From an uncultured Verrucomicrobiae bacterium (GTDB taxonomy: Bacteria > Verrucomicrobiota > Verrucomicrobiia > Limisphaerales > Palsa-1400), in the NCBI GenBank assembly GCA_963702845.1, contig OY969763.1, positions 3,744,001 through 3,808,000 on the forward strand: 64,000 bases of DNA. The letters run 5' to 3'. Under the pieces are notes generated by a model. That model searched no databases. It worked only from the letters and a program-made list of their open reading frames with translations, and was not told the DNA's origin. Position 1 is the first letter of the stretch. Each line of letters opens with the position of its first letter. Positions 31,801 through 40,808 of this stretch are shown one piece after another. The translations under genes were made by a program, and so were the position numbers.

Positions 31801-33989
31801 CTTGCTCCTCCGACGCCATCGCCAACGGTGAGATTGCCCGCGACCGCATTGACGCCAGCGGTTTTCGCCAACAGAAGCGTTCCTGAATTTACAGTTGTCA
31901 GGCCGGAATACGTGTTGGCGCTCGCCCCTGAAAGTTGAAGTGTTCCCGCGCCATTTTTCGTCAGCGCACCCGCGCCGCTGATGATCCCGCTAACCGTAGT
32001 GCTGCCCGCGCCATCAACCGTCAACGTCTGGCCGCCGCTGACGCCTCCGCTGATTGTTAGTGTTCCCGAATCAGATTGGACGGTTGACGCACTGCCGAGA
32101 GTGACGGTTCCGCTCCAGCTGTTATTGCCGCTGACATTTCGCAACGCACCGTTTGCGCTGGTGCCGGTTCCGTTAATTGTCAGAGGCTGAGCGCTGACAA
32201 CGATGCCACCTTGCAGTTCCAAAGCCGTACCGCTGCTCACGCTCACCGATCCTGCTCCGCCGAGCCCAGTGGCATTCTGAACATTCAACACGCCGCTGTT
32301 TACCGCCGTTGCACCGGTGAAAGTGCTCGCGCTGCTCAAGGTCAATGTGCCCGATCCTGCTTTGGCCATACCGCCCGTCCCTGAAATGCTCCCTGCGTAG
32401 GTTGTCGAGTTACCATCGCCAACGGTCAACGTGCCCACACCGAGATTGACTAGACCGCCCGTGCTGCCTGACAGGGAACCAAGCGTTTCGTTAAACCCGT
32501 TCAGGTCTAACAGGCCGCTGGCAGAGATCGTTACCGCCGAGGTAGAAATTTGATCGGCTGCCGCGAGTCGGACCACGTCCGCGCTTGCGCCTCCAACACC
32601 ATCGCCAACGGTGAGATTGCCCGCGACCGCGTTGACGCCAGCGGTTTTCGCCAACAGGAGCGTTCCTGAATTTACTGTTGTCATGCCCGAATACGTGTTG
32701 GCGCTCGCCCCCGAAAGTTGAAGTGTTCCCGCGCCATTTTTCGTCAGCGCGCCTGTGCCACTTACAACACCACTGATGGTGGCGTTGCCGGCACCATCCG
32801 CGGTCAAAGTTTGCCCGCCGTTCGCGACGGTTCCGCCGAGTGTGAGTGTTCCGGCGTCTGATTGAAGGCGCAATGCGCCGGACGACGTCACCGGTGCGTT
32901 GATGGTGTTGTTGCCAGACGAATTGGTGATCGCGCTGCTAACGGTTAGCGCATTTCCATAAATTGCAAAACCACCAGTGTTAAATTTGAGCCATGGGACA
33001 GTGAGCGCGCTGAGGTCATTTGTGTTCACTGTGCGTGTCGAGCCCCCGAAAATCAGCAGGTCGCCGTTGCCGGGAACCGCGCCGCCCCAGTTGGTGCTGT
33101 TGCTCCAGTTGCCGGTTGTCCCAGCGCCGGTCCATGTGCGCGGGCCGGATTTCCAGGTCATTGAATAATTGTCGAATGTGATAGGCCCTGCTCCCGGTGC
33201 GATGTCAAACATGATGTGACGGCCCGAGGCGTTTAGACGCCAGCCGTTTGGCAAATCGGAGTCGGCGGCCGTGTCGTAAAACCATGTTGAGCCGCCGTCG
33301 AGCGAGAGTTGCACCCGCGAATGGAACGCGGTGGTTTCCGCTCCGGCGTCGGTGACGCGCATGAGGACGATGATTTCCGTTCCGAAAGTGTTGGCGGCGA
33401 GCGTGGTAATGGCCGAGTTCAAATCAGCAGCGAGGCCGGAGGCGGTCGTATCAATGCGTTTGCCGATGAGGTATTTCGTCATCGTGCTGTTGGTGCGATA
33501 GATTTGAAAACCAAAAGCCCAACTGAAGGCATCGCTTTCAATGGTTCCAAGAGCGAACGAGCATCGTTGATTGTCTGAGGAAGCGTTTTTGATGCTGATC
33601 GAGAGGTCGTAGACGACGGGAGTGGATGGCGTGGCTGCGGCAATTCCCAAGGCGCTGGAAAAGTCGTATGAGCTGGCGCCGTCGGAAGAGAGGACAAAAC
33701 GACCAGGATCGGTGGCGACGTTGATTTGGATTTTGCTGGAGGTTATGGTGAAGGCGCTGGCCGGTTTGATGGCTGTTGGAAAGTAACGAAGGTTTGCGAT
33801 GGTGGAACCTGTGAGACGAGTGGTCGGCGGATTGATGCCGCGATTGACGCCGGTGTCCAGCGCGAAACCCGACCCTGAACCCGTCACGTTGCAATTATCG
33901 CTGACAATCACCGTCGCCCCCCGCACATGCCCGCAGGCAAAAACGGCCAAAAACGCGAACACCAACGTTTGTATGCGGATAATATTCAT
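28875..33989 (-). CDS. Large secreted protein: autotransporter-associated beta-strand repeats, endonuclease/exonuclease/phosphatase domain, LamG domain, C-terminal DxDGDG/FYR-type domain
   Basis: LTKNGAGTL.LS..NTY.G.TTVN.G repeats; MTYNIH, GDFND, RIDYI, SDHYPV; WHHVAVV...FYIDG; DNDGDGQSNYAEYLAGTDP; ATG 33989. Confidence 0.9.
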   Translation of the reverse strand: MNIIRIQTLVFAFLAVFACGHVRGATVIVSDNCNVTGSGSGFALDTGVNRGINPPTTRLTGSTIANLRYFPTAIKPASAFTITSSKIQINVATDPGRFVLSSDGASSYDFSSALGIAAATPSTPVVYDLSISIKNASSDNQRCSFALGTIESDAFSWAFGFQIYRTNSTMTKYLIGKRIDTTASGLAADLNSAITTLAANTFGTEIIVLMRVTDAGAETTAFHSRVQLSLDGGSTWFYDTAADSDLPNGWRLNASGRHIMFDIAPGAGPITFDNYSMTWKSGPRTWTGAGTTGNWSNSTNWGGAVPGNGDLLIFGGSTRTVNTNDLSALTVPWLKFNTGGFAIYGNALTVSSAITNSSGNNTINAPVTSSGALRLQSDAGTLTLGGTVANGGQTLTADGAGNATISGVVSGTGALTKNGAGTLQLSGASANTYSGMTTVNSGTLLLAKTAGVNAVAGNLTVGDGVGGASADVVRLAAADQISTSAVTISASGLLDLNGFNETLGSLSGSTGGLVNLGVGTLTVGDGNSTTYAGSISGTGGMAKAGSGTLTLSSASTFTGATAVNSGVLNVQNATGLGGAGSVSVSSGTALELQGGIVVSAQPLTINGTGTSANGALRNVSGNNSWSGTVTLGSASTVQSDSGTLTISGGVSGGQTLTVDGAGSTTVSGIISGAGALTKNGAGTLQLSGASANTYSGLTTVNSGTLLLAKTAGVNAVAGNLTVGDGVGGASADVVRLAAADQISTSAVTISASGLLDLNGFNETIGSLSGSTGSLINLGAGTLTVGDGNSTTYAGSISGTGSLAKAGSGTLTLSSASTFTGATAVNSGVLNVQNATALGGAGAVSVSSGTALELQGGIAVSAQPLTINGSGISGNGALRNISGNNSWSGIVTLGSASTVQSDSGTLTISGGVSGGQTLSVDGIGNTTISGVVSGAGALTKNDAGTLTLSAANTYTGNTTINSGALTIGSSGSIASSPLITIASGTTLNVSSGFAFAASQTVTREAASGTGTINGSTTFGSGSSLSIPVNGATGAVGAISVTGGLTLNNNTITVNISGGTLGAGSYSLLTYTGTRSGTFNLTPVITGSGLKANLRALIFITPGVVALKVIAVETNSIFRVMTYNIHSGADPVTGNIDTTRVSNFITTNHIDLISLNEVARNMPRSNGRDIIAEISQKTGLPFVFSNNMQGLPAGQEFGNAILSSFPILFRDHRLLPNINGNEQRGWLKAIVDVNGKYVTFESTHLDFHADSTERLMCATNINLWLLDETFPTMICGDFNDTPDSSVYSRMDDSWNDSWTTAGDGGLGRTVPSPGYPNNLNARIDYIWKATGTTIKPTNAFVGYTIEASDHYPVITDFILTSTTNHSIGFSFPFDEGTGTTVTDAVGGLQSDGTTTPPWNTNSPSGHTGDFSLNFNGFKKITVPDPKQIIGPNPFNDDYTLEAWVKLPLNYAPAQRAILFQYERKPGFAFSINTNRTLFTTTFKIKDIASTATVPNDAAWHHVAVVHTDGTDMKFYIDGALSATVVYTNGAGYRTSGEITIGAASEGANWFTGNLDRIRFHNRVLTPAELDSSAGSTHPFLVSAGDYEKWKARYGITDSAADNDGDGQSNYAEYLAGTDPTSATSAFRILDANMQPDGQLTVTWSSIGGKRYRLQYASSAGGPFTDIARDAATETDPAPPGQASTQTFTQTPTSTNTVQLYRVQVIP
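31187..32752 (-). repeat. Intragenic tandem duplication, 783-bp (261-aa) unit, two copies
   Basis: 31261 matches 32044 and 31921 matches 32704; high nucleotide similarity; boundaries approximate. Confidence 0.9.
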
Positions 33990-34291
33990 AGACGTGCAGA
34001 GTTTGTCCCACGTCTGCAAGGGTTGGGGTTCAGGCCTTGCACCGAAAACATGGCAAAACACGATCCGACCATCGGATCGTAACGGCAGGCGAAAACCTGC
34101 CGTGTTTTGTCATGGGGACTTACCTGATTAGAACAATAAATCACCCGTGTCAACAATACCCGCAAACGAGGGTGACCCGTTTCCAATCACGGTAGCCTTC
34201 CCACGGTTGGTTTCGTCCTCAACTAGCGGTTAAATGGCCTGAAATCTTCGATTGCGTGGTTTTACGTTAGGCGTTTATGATGCACGGGCCA

Positions 34292-35296
34292 ATGAAACAT
34301 CAGCTTGATTTCGAAAAACCAATTCTCGATCTGCAACGCAAGCTGGACGAACTGAAGAAGCATCCAGAAGCTCACTCCATCAAAATCAGTTTTGAGGATG
34401 AAGTCGCGTTGATGGAGAAAAAGATCGAGGAAACCAAGCGCGAGATCTACGCGAATCTCAGCCCCTGGGATCGGGTCAAAATCGCGCGGCATTTTTTACG
34501 GCCTTTTACGTTGGATTATCTCGGCATGGCTTTCACCGAGTTCAGCGAGTTACACGGTGATCGCCTCTATGCCGATGACGAAGCGGTGGTGGGCGGCTTT
34601 GCCCGCTTGGACGGTCAAAAGGTGATGGTGATCGGCACGCAAAAAGGGCGCGACACGAAAGACAAGATCCGACGCAATTTCGGTTCGGCCCATCCCGAAG
34701 GTTATCGCAAGGCGCTGCGTTTGATGAAAATGGCGGACAAATTTGGTCTGCCCATTATTACATTGATCGACACGGCGGGCGCTTACCCCGGCATCGGCGC
34801 GGAGGAACGGCACATCGCCGAAGCCATCGCCGTGAACCTGCGCGAGATGATGCTTTTGGAAGTGCCAATTATCGCGGCGATCATCGGCGAAGGCGGTTCG
34901 GGTGGCGCACTTGGTATTGGTGTGGCGGATCGCGTGCTGATTTTGGAAAACGCTTATTACTCGGTCATCAGCCCGGAAGGTTGCGCGGCGATTCTTTGGA
35001 AAGATCGCGCCGCCGCTCCGAAAGCGGCCGAAGCATTGCGCATCAGCGCGAAGGATTTGCTCGAACTCGGGCTCGTCGATGAAATCGTGCCCGAACCGTT
35101 GGGTGGCGCGCACAACAGTCCTCCGTCCGCTGCCAGCAATTTAAAGGCGCACCTCCTCAAGAATCTCAATGAACTGAAATCGATTTCGAGCAGCGACCGA
35201 CTGAAGGCTCGTTATGCGAAGTTTCGCGCCTACGGCAAATACAAAGAAAAGACGGAGGCGCTGGTCGCCGAAGGCCAAGCGCCGGCCCAACCGTGA
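34292..35296 (+). CDS. accA: Acetyl-CoA carboxylase carboxyltransferase alpha
   Basis: LDFEKPI, PEGYRKALR, GEGGSGGALG, YSVISPEGCA. Confidence 0.97.
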   Translation: MKHQLDFEKPILDLQRKLDELKKHPEAHSIKISFEDEVALMEKKIEETKREIYANLSPWDRVKIARHFLRPFTLDYLGMAFTEFSELHGDRLYADDEAVVGGFARLDGQKVMVIGTQKGRDTKDKIRRNFGSAHPEGYRKALRLMKMADKFGLPIITLIDTAGAYPGIGAEERHIAEAIAVNLREMMLLEVPIIAAIIGEGGSGGALGIGVADRVLILENAYYSVISPEGCAAILWKDRAAAPKAAEALRISAKDLLELGLVDEIVPEPLGGAHNSPPSAASNLKAHLLKNLNELKSISSSDRLKARYAKFRAYGKYKEKTEALVAEGQAPAQP

Positions 35297-35299
35297 CGC

Positions 35300-36271
35300 A
35301 TGCTGTATCCACTGACTTTCGAGCCGATCTTCAAGGAACGCATCTGGGGCGGTCGTAAGCTCGAACAGCTGTATCACAAGACGCTCCCGGCCACCGTGCC
35401 CGTCGGTGAATCGTGGGAAATCAGTGATCGGCCTGGCGATGTCAGCGTGATCGGCAATGGACCGCTGAAAGGGAAAACGCTTCATTGGTTGGTTGAAAAT
35501 CACGCGACCGAATTGTTCGGCAAAAAACTTTCAGGAAGCTTTCCGTTGTTAATCAAAATTCTCGACGCCCAGGAAAAGCTCTCGTTGCAGGTGCATCCGC
35601 CCGCCAAACTCGCGCCGTTGCTCGGCGGTGAGCCGAAAACGGAGATGTGGTACATCGCCCACGCCGAAGCCGGAGCGGAGTTGTATGTCGGATTGAAGTG
35701 CGGGGTGACGAGAGCGGAGTTCGAAACGAAAATCAAAACCGGCAACGTTGCAGATTGTTTTCATCGTGTCCCGGTGAAAACGGGTGACGCGATGTTTCTT
35801 CCGAGCGGCCGCGTCCACGCCATCGGCGCAGGCCTGGTGATTTTCGAAGTGCAACAGAACTCGGACACCACGTATCGCGTGTTCGATTGGAATCGCGTCG
35901 ACAAGAGCGGGAAAGGGCGGGAACTCCACGTCAAACAATCGCTGGCGAGTATTGATTTCGAGGATTTTGAACCGGAGCTGGTTACGGCCTCCTCTCCCCG
36001 ACCCTCTCCTCCAGAGGAGAGGGAGAAGAGCCTCGTGGACCACGAACTCTTTCGCGTCGGTAAAGTTGAACTTCAAACGGGCGGCTCACTCACGGTCAGC
36101 GGCGAAATGGAAATTATCGGGATGCTTTCCGGATCAATAAACGTCGCCAGCAACTCCCCTGCCCTGACGTTATCCGCCGGCCAATTCTGTCTCGTTCCCG
36201 CGTGCTGCACCGGTGTAGAATTACGAGCCGAGCAATCCGCGTCGTTTTTGCGGATTGGCCTCGGACGATAA
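35300..36271 (+). CDS. manA: Class I mannose-6-phosphate isomerase
   Basis: IWGG, GESWE, LSLQVHP, KTEMW, HAIG, EVQQNSDTTYR. Confidence 0.92.
   Translation: MLYPLTFEPIFKERIWGGRKLEQLYHKTLPATVPVGESWEISDRPGDVSVIGNGPLKGKTLHWLVENHATELFGKKLSGSFPLLIKILDAQEKLSLQVHPPAKLAPLLGGEPKTEMWYIAHAEAGAELYVGLKCGVTRAEFETKIKTGNVADCFHRVPVKTGDAMFLPSGRVHAIGAGLVIFEVQQNSDTTYRVFDWNRVDKSGKGRELHVKQSLASIDFEDFEPELVTASSPRPSPPEEREKSLVDHELFRVGKVELQTGGSLTVSGEMEIIGMLSGSINVASNSPALTLSAGQFCLVPACCTGVELRAEQSASFLRIGLGR
35988..36028. repeat. CCCTCTCC/GGAGAGGG palindromic repeat inserted in frame in manA
   Basis: Nearly identical to the intergenic copy at 48191-48233. Confidence 0.75.
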
Positions 36272-37179
36272 TGTTTCGACTAAAGGCCATTTTAGTAACG
36301 ACCTTACTCGTCTGCACCGTCGCGTTTGCGCAAACGAAGTCGCCGAACGAGATCGCGCGCGAGGAAGCTATCGCTGAATTCACCAAGAAACAGCAGACGG
36401 CAAATTGGCCGGAAAAGTTTGCGCGCATCGGAAATGAAACGGGTGTGCCGAGCGACGTGCTCGCAGCCATCGCTTTTGCCGAGACGCGTTGGGAGCAGTT
36501 GAAATGGCCTGCGGGTGAAACGACATCGCCGGAAACCGGCGCGCCGCGCGGATACGGCGTGATGTTCCTGCAGGACAACGACTACTTTGGCCATAGCCTC
36601 GTCGAAGCCGCGAAGTTGATTGGCAAAACGCCCGACGAATTGAAGGAGGATCCGGACCTGAATATTCGCGGTGCGGCAGCATTGTTGAAAAAAATTTACG
36701 CCGACAATCCGAAACCGGATTTCGCCAAGCCGGACCAGATCGAAAGTTGGTATAACGCGATCATTAAATATTGCGGCATTCCGGAGCCGTTCCTGAGTCA
36801 TTCGCACGCGTTGAACTGCTACGTTTACATGAGCAAAGGCTACAACCAATACGGGATGTATTGGACAGCGCATTCGGTTGACCTGAAGCCGATGAGGGGA
36901 GATGTGATGAGGTTGCGGAAGGAATTTGACGAAGTAATTAGACAGCGACAAACCAACGAAGCTGCTATTGCGCAGAGTGCGAGCGGCACAACAAACGCTA
37001 TTGTGAAACCCGTGAGCATAAACGCGAGTCAGCCAACAAACATAAAGACAGCGAAACAACCCCACGCCGAGCCCGAACGCGTCCGATTCAATCTCGGGCC
37101 ACTGTTCCTAGTAGGCGTGGCAATTTGTGTGACGATCGTAATTTTTCTCGCCCGAAAACAACGCCATCGCAAAGTGTGA
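36271..37179 (+). CDS. Exported protein with lysozyme/SLT-like domain and C-terminal membrane anchor
   Basis: Signal AFA; LAAIAFAETRW, GYGVM, NIRGAAALL; C-terminal TM plus basic tail; TAATG overlap with manA. Confidence 0.7.
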   Translation: MFRLKAILVTTLLVCTVAFAQTKSPNEIAREEAIAEFTKKQQTANWPEKFARIGNETGVPSDVLAAIAFAETRWEQLKWPAGETTSPETGAPRGYGVMFLQDNDYFGHSLVEAAKLIGKTPDELKEDPDLNIRGAAALLKKIYADNPKPDFAKPDQIESWYNAIIKYCGIPEPFLSHSHALNCYVYMSKGYNQYGMYWTAHSVDLKPMRGDVMRLRKEFDEVIRQRQTNEAAIAQSASGTTNAIVKPVSINASQPTNIKTAKQPHAEPERVRFNLGPLFLVGVAICVTIVIFLARKQRHRKV

Positions 37180-37233
37180 GCTGGTTCGCGCAGTTTCACT
37201 TTCACTTTCAACGCTGATTGGCATACTGCGCCC

Positions 37234-37917
37234 GTGACTTCTGCCATTATCGTTGCTGCGGGCAAGGGAACGCGGATGGGTATCGACCAGGATAAACTTT
37301 TCCTCGAAGTTGCCGGACGACCACTGGTCGCCCACACATGGCAACGCTTCGATGAATCGCCGGAGATTCAGCACGTCGTCATGGTCGTGCGCAATGGCAA
37401 TCAACCGATGTTCAGCGAAATGGCCGCGCAGTATGGATTCAAAAAGCCGTTCACGTTGGTGGCTGGTGGAAAGGAACGGCAGGATTCGGTTTGGAATGGA
37501 TTGGAGGCATTGCCTGCGCAAACAGAAATCGTCGCCATTCAAGACGCGGCGAGACCTTGCACTTCAGTTGAGTTAATCAGAGCGTGCATCGAAGCGGCTG
37601 AGGATTGTGGCGCGGCAGTCGCAGCGATGCCAGTCACCGACACGATCAAAGCTTCCGAGGATGGCGAGTTCATTTCACGGCACTTGGACCGATCGCGAAT
37701 GTGGTCGGTGCAAACGCCGCAAACATTTCGGCTCGGTGTCATTAAGCGCGCATTGGCGGAAGTCCAGAAGCAGAAGTTGCAGGTCACCGATGACACAGCC
37801 GCGTGTGAGTTAATCGGGCAACCGGTGAAACTTGTGCATGTGCCTGCTCCAAATCCGAAGCTGACGACCAAAGCGGATATCGCTTACATCGAATCGATCC
37901 TAAGCGCCCGCGTGTAG
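37234..37917 (+). CDS. ispD: 2-C-methyl-D-erythritol 4-phosphate cytidylyltransferase
   Basis: AAGKGTRM, GGKERQDSV, DAARP, QTPQ, TDD, NPKLTT. Confidence 0.95.
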   Translation: MTSAIIVAAGKGTRMGIDQDKLFLEVAGRPLVAHTWQRFDESPEIQHVVMVVRNGNQPMFSEMAAQYGFKKPFTLVAGGKERQDSVWNGLEALPAQTEIVAIQDAARPCTSVELIRACIEAAEDCGAAVAAMPVTDTIKASEDGEFISRHLDRSRMWSVQTPQTFRLGVIKRALAEVQKQKLQVTDDTAACELIGQPVKLVHVPAPNPKLTTKADIAYIESILSARV

Positions 37918-38142
37918 CATCGTTTGCTCGCCGGACAAAACCTCGTCTTCGAACTCGGCGATTTGCTCCTGAGCTTCTTCGATGGTGATCCAATAATGCT
38001 CCTGCAGCGCGCCGACGAGCATATCGCGTTGGCCTCGGATCAATTCAAATTCGACGTCGTCGATGTCAGGCCAGCGTGTCTTGATGGCAGCGCGCAGGTC
38101 GTTCCAGTGCTGTTGCAAAACTTCATCGTGGCGAAAACGCAT
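37900..38142 (-). CDS. CsbD/YjbJ-like stress protein
   Basis: AGGAGG RBS; W..L...IK.RW...G.RD.LVG.LQE.Y....EEA. Confidence 0.8.
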   Translation of the reverse strand: MRFRHDEVLQQHWNDLRAAIKTRWPDIDDVEFELIRGQRDMLVGALQEHYWITIEEAQEQIAEFEDEVLSGEQTMLHAGA

Positions 38143-38216
38143 TGTATCCTCCTGAAACAATCTAGCGCAGATCAAGTGGTTGAGAAGTTAGAGACTCGTT
38201 ACCTCGTCTCCTACAA

Positions 38217-40631
38217 TTAATTCAGGAGGAGAACCCGATAAAAGCGCGGCCCTGGACCGAGTGTGTCGGTTTTCGAGGCAACGTTTGAAGTTGCGGTGAC
38301 GTCCGGAGTAAGGTTGGTCCAGTTTTGGAAATTGAGGTCGGTGTTGTATTGAACCCGATATTTCACGCCGGCACTGGCGGTCCAATTGATTGTTATCGTG
38401 TTGCCGTTGATGGTGGTTGGAAGAACGATTGGGCTGCTTAGCAGATCAAAAAACCGCAGGACGTCAGACATGTAGACGTCGCGTAGCGCGGAAGTGGTAA
38501 TGCTCTCGAAAGGAAAACCCCAGTTCACAACTTTGCCGCTCGATGGCGCACCGTCATAGGTGATCGCCGCTGCGCCGCCGCGGCCACCAACGTAAGTCAT
38601 CGCCAAGAAACTGCCATTGGTAGGCGTGAGGACATCCGGAAAATCAATGTTGTAGAAATACGTGCCGTTATCGAAAGTTCCCGAAGCGTCCCCGACAAAA
38701 ACGCCACCCCCGGCGGCCGCAGCGAACGAATAAGTGCCGGCGTCGTCGTTGGCATTTCCATTGAGCGCGGCGTGGAGTTGGTTGTGATAGAAGTTGCGAT
38801 CGGCAGCGGTCGGGCCGGAATCGCGGTCGAGGTCCCAACCGATTTCCGCGCCGGACACGAAGAGGTTTCCACCTTTGTTAAGAAAGGTTGTGACGAGCGA
38901 TTGTTCCGTGGAATCAAATGTTTGGTCGTCGGTGGATTCTTCACCGAGCAACCAAATGACAGCGGGATAATTGGTAAGCTTGACCGTGCCGTCGATGACC
39001 GAATTGTGGTAAACCGTTTCAAACGCCGGTCCGTTAATATTTTGTTCGGTCATGGCCGCGAAGGCGTGGTTGGTGGCTTGCGGATTTTCGGTGGTTTGAA
39101 ATTGCCATCGATCGTTGCCGTCAACGACCAGGATCGGCGGCGGCACTGTTCCAACTTGCGCGCCATAAACGCGCGAGAACGGGCTTCCGCCACCGGTGCC
39201 AACGACGCTCACTTTGTAGTAACGCTTCATTCCGGGCGCGAGGCCTCCTTCGATGTAACTGAGGACGGTTGAAGCAAGGTTGACAGGGCCATTGAAATTA
39301 AGACCGTCGCTGCTGATATAGATTCTGTAGCCCGTGTGAATGAAACCTTCGTCTGACCATGTCACTTTGATGGAGTTGTTGCCGGCGTTTGTGACGGTCA
39401 AAAGATGCGGACTGGTGGGAACACCGCGCGCACCCATCAGGACAACGCAACTGTCGATGGCGTTGCGAGTAGAGGTTTGATCGATGCCCGAGGAGTTATT
39501 ACTGATAAATGAAAAGTAGTAACGGCGGTTGTCGTATTTATTGATGATGTAACCGCTGAGAGCGATGGAGATGCTGAGGGAGCCGGTTTTTGCATGGACC
39601 TGGCTCGCGCCGTCGGTCCCGCAAAAACGGCTGGAAATTGTGCCGTCCACGCAGCCGATTGGGAGAATTGTCGACCAACTCACGTAGTGGTTTACCATGA
39701 AGCGAACGAGTGTGACGATTTCGCGCGCACTGAACCGGTTTCCTGATGAGAGCCCGGAACCATCGTTCATCACCATATCGGTGGTGCTGAGACCGACGTT
39801 GGTGCTGAGCCAACTAAACACTTGCGTTTTGCCTGCCACAAAAGAATCGGTGCCGCTCATCTTATAGCCGATGTGACGCAGAAGTTCGTCGGCCATGGGA
39901 TTTGCGCTGCTTTTTGCGAGCGGGATGCAGGCGACATCGAGCCGAAGTGGTTTACCGCCGTAGGTCAGGTCGGACGATTTGTGGGTGTACATCAACGTGC
40001 CGGGCGGGCTGAAACCGGTTTGGCCGAGAGCGGAACCAGAGACGGTGATGCCTTGCGCGTTCAGCGCCGCTACGAATGCGGTGGCACCCTCGGCATTGTA
40101 AGTTGCCTGGTTAGCCGTATCGCGAGTATCGGCGGTGTCGGAATAGTTATATATGCAAACGCCGTAGATCTGAACGTTGCCTTGAACATTGGTCAGCCCG
40201 AGCGTTTTCAATTGGGTGGCAATGCGATCGAGCGGCTTGCGCGCGCCGCCCGTGCCGAAAGTGATGTCGTTCCAGGTGATGTCATGCTCGCAAACCAGAT
40301 TGAGATCGCCGGTGAGCGTACCGTTTGCGAGAGTGCCATTGCGGTAAACGCGTGATTCGAACCAGTGATTGGTGCCGAGCAAACCAAACGCAGTAGAGGT
40401 GGTAAAAATTTTCGTGTTGGACGCCGGCGCTTTTGTGGTTGTCGGGTTCTTCTGATAATAGGCGGTGGTTCCGGAATCGTTTTCGATCAGGATGGTCCAG
40501 GTGTTGTTGCTTACGGCGCTTCCGGCGAGGATGGAATTAATCTGATCAGCAATCGTTGCCACCGCCCTGAACGGTAACAGACACACCCCTGCCATCAGCA
40601 CTGCAAGTAGCGTTAGTCGAGTCTGTTGCAT
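38217..40631 (-). CDS. dacB: D-Ala-D-Ala carboxypeptidase/endopeptidase (peptidase S13) with FN3 and additional C-terminal domains
   Basis: PASNTK (SxxK), SAN (SxN), DGSGLS, KTGS. Confidence 0.85.
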   Translation of the reverse strand: MQQTRLTLLAVLMAGVCLLPFRAVATIADQINSILAGSAVSNNTWTILIENDSGTTAYYQKNPTTTKAPASNTKIFTTSTAFGLLGTNHWFESRVYRNGTLANGTLTGDLNLVCEHDITWNDITFGTGGARKPLDRIATQLKTLGLTNVQGNVQIYGVCIYNYSDTADTRDTANQATYNAEGATAFVAALNAQGITVSGSALGQTGFSPPGTLMYTHKSSDLTYGGKPLRLDVACIPLAKSSANPMADELLRHIGYKMSGTDSFVAGKTQVFSWLSTNVGLSTTDMVMNDGSGLSSGNRFSAREIVTLVRFMVNHYVSWSTILPIGCVDGTISSRFCGTDGASQVHAKTGSLSISIALSGYIINKYDNRRYYFSFISNNSSGIDQTSTRNAIDSCVVLMGARGVPTSPHLLTVTNAGNNSIKVTWSDEGFIHTGYRIYISSDGLNFNGPVNLASTVLSYIEGGLAPGMKRYYKVSVVGTGGGSPFSRVYGAQVGTVPPPILVVDGNDRWQFQTTENPQATNHAFAAMTEQNINGPAFETVYHNSVIDGTVKLTNYPAVIWLLGEESTDDQTFDSTEQSLVTTFLNKGGNLFVSGAEIGWDLDRDSGPTAADRNFYHNQLHAALNGNANDDAGTYSFAAAAGGGVFVGDASGTFDNGTYFYNIDFPDVLTPTNGSFLAMTYVGGRGGAAAITYDGAPSSGKVVNWGFPFESITTSALRDVYMSDVLRFFDLLSSPIVLPTTINGNTITINWTASAGVKYRVQYNTDLNFQNWTNLTPDVTATSNVASKTDTLGPGPRFYRVLLLN

Positions 40632-40808
40632 TGACAGGTCGCCGTTGGGGGGCTGGTTTTACGAGTTTACTTTAGCACAAACGCATTTCCACGACATATT
40701 TATCGTAAGCATTCGATTGCCGTAAGCTTGACTAATTGGCCGAAAAATGCATCATTTTGGTCTGGGCCCAGAGTGTCACTTTTCCGAAAAAGCCATCCTA
40801 GGATTGTT

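Noticed and set aside
34130..34210. Hairpin upstream of the large secreted protein as a riboswitch
   Set aside because: Insufficient match to any aptamer consensus
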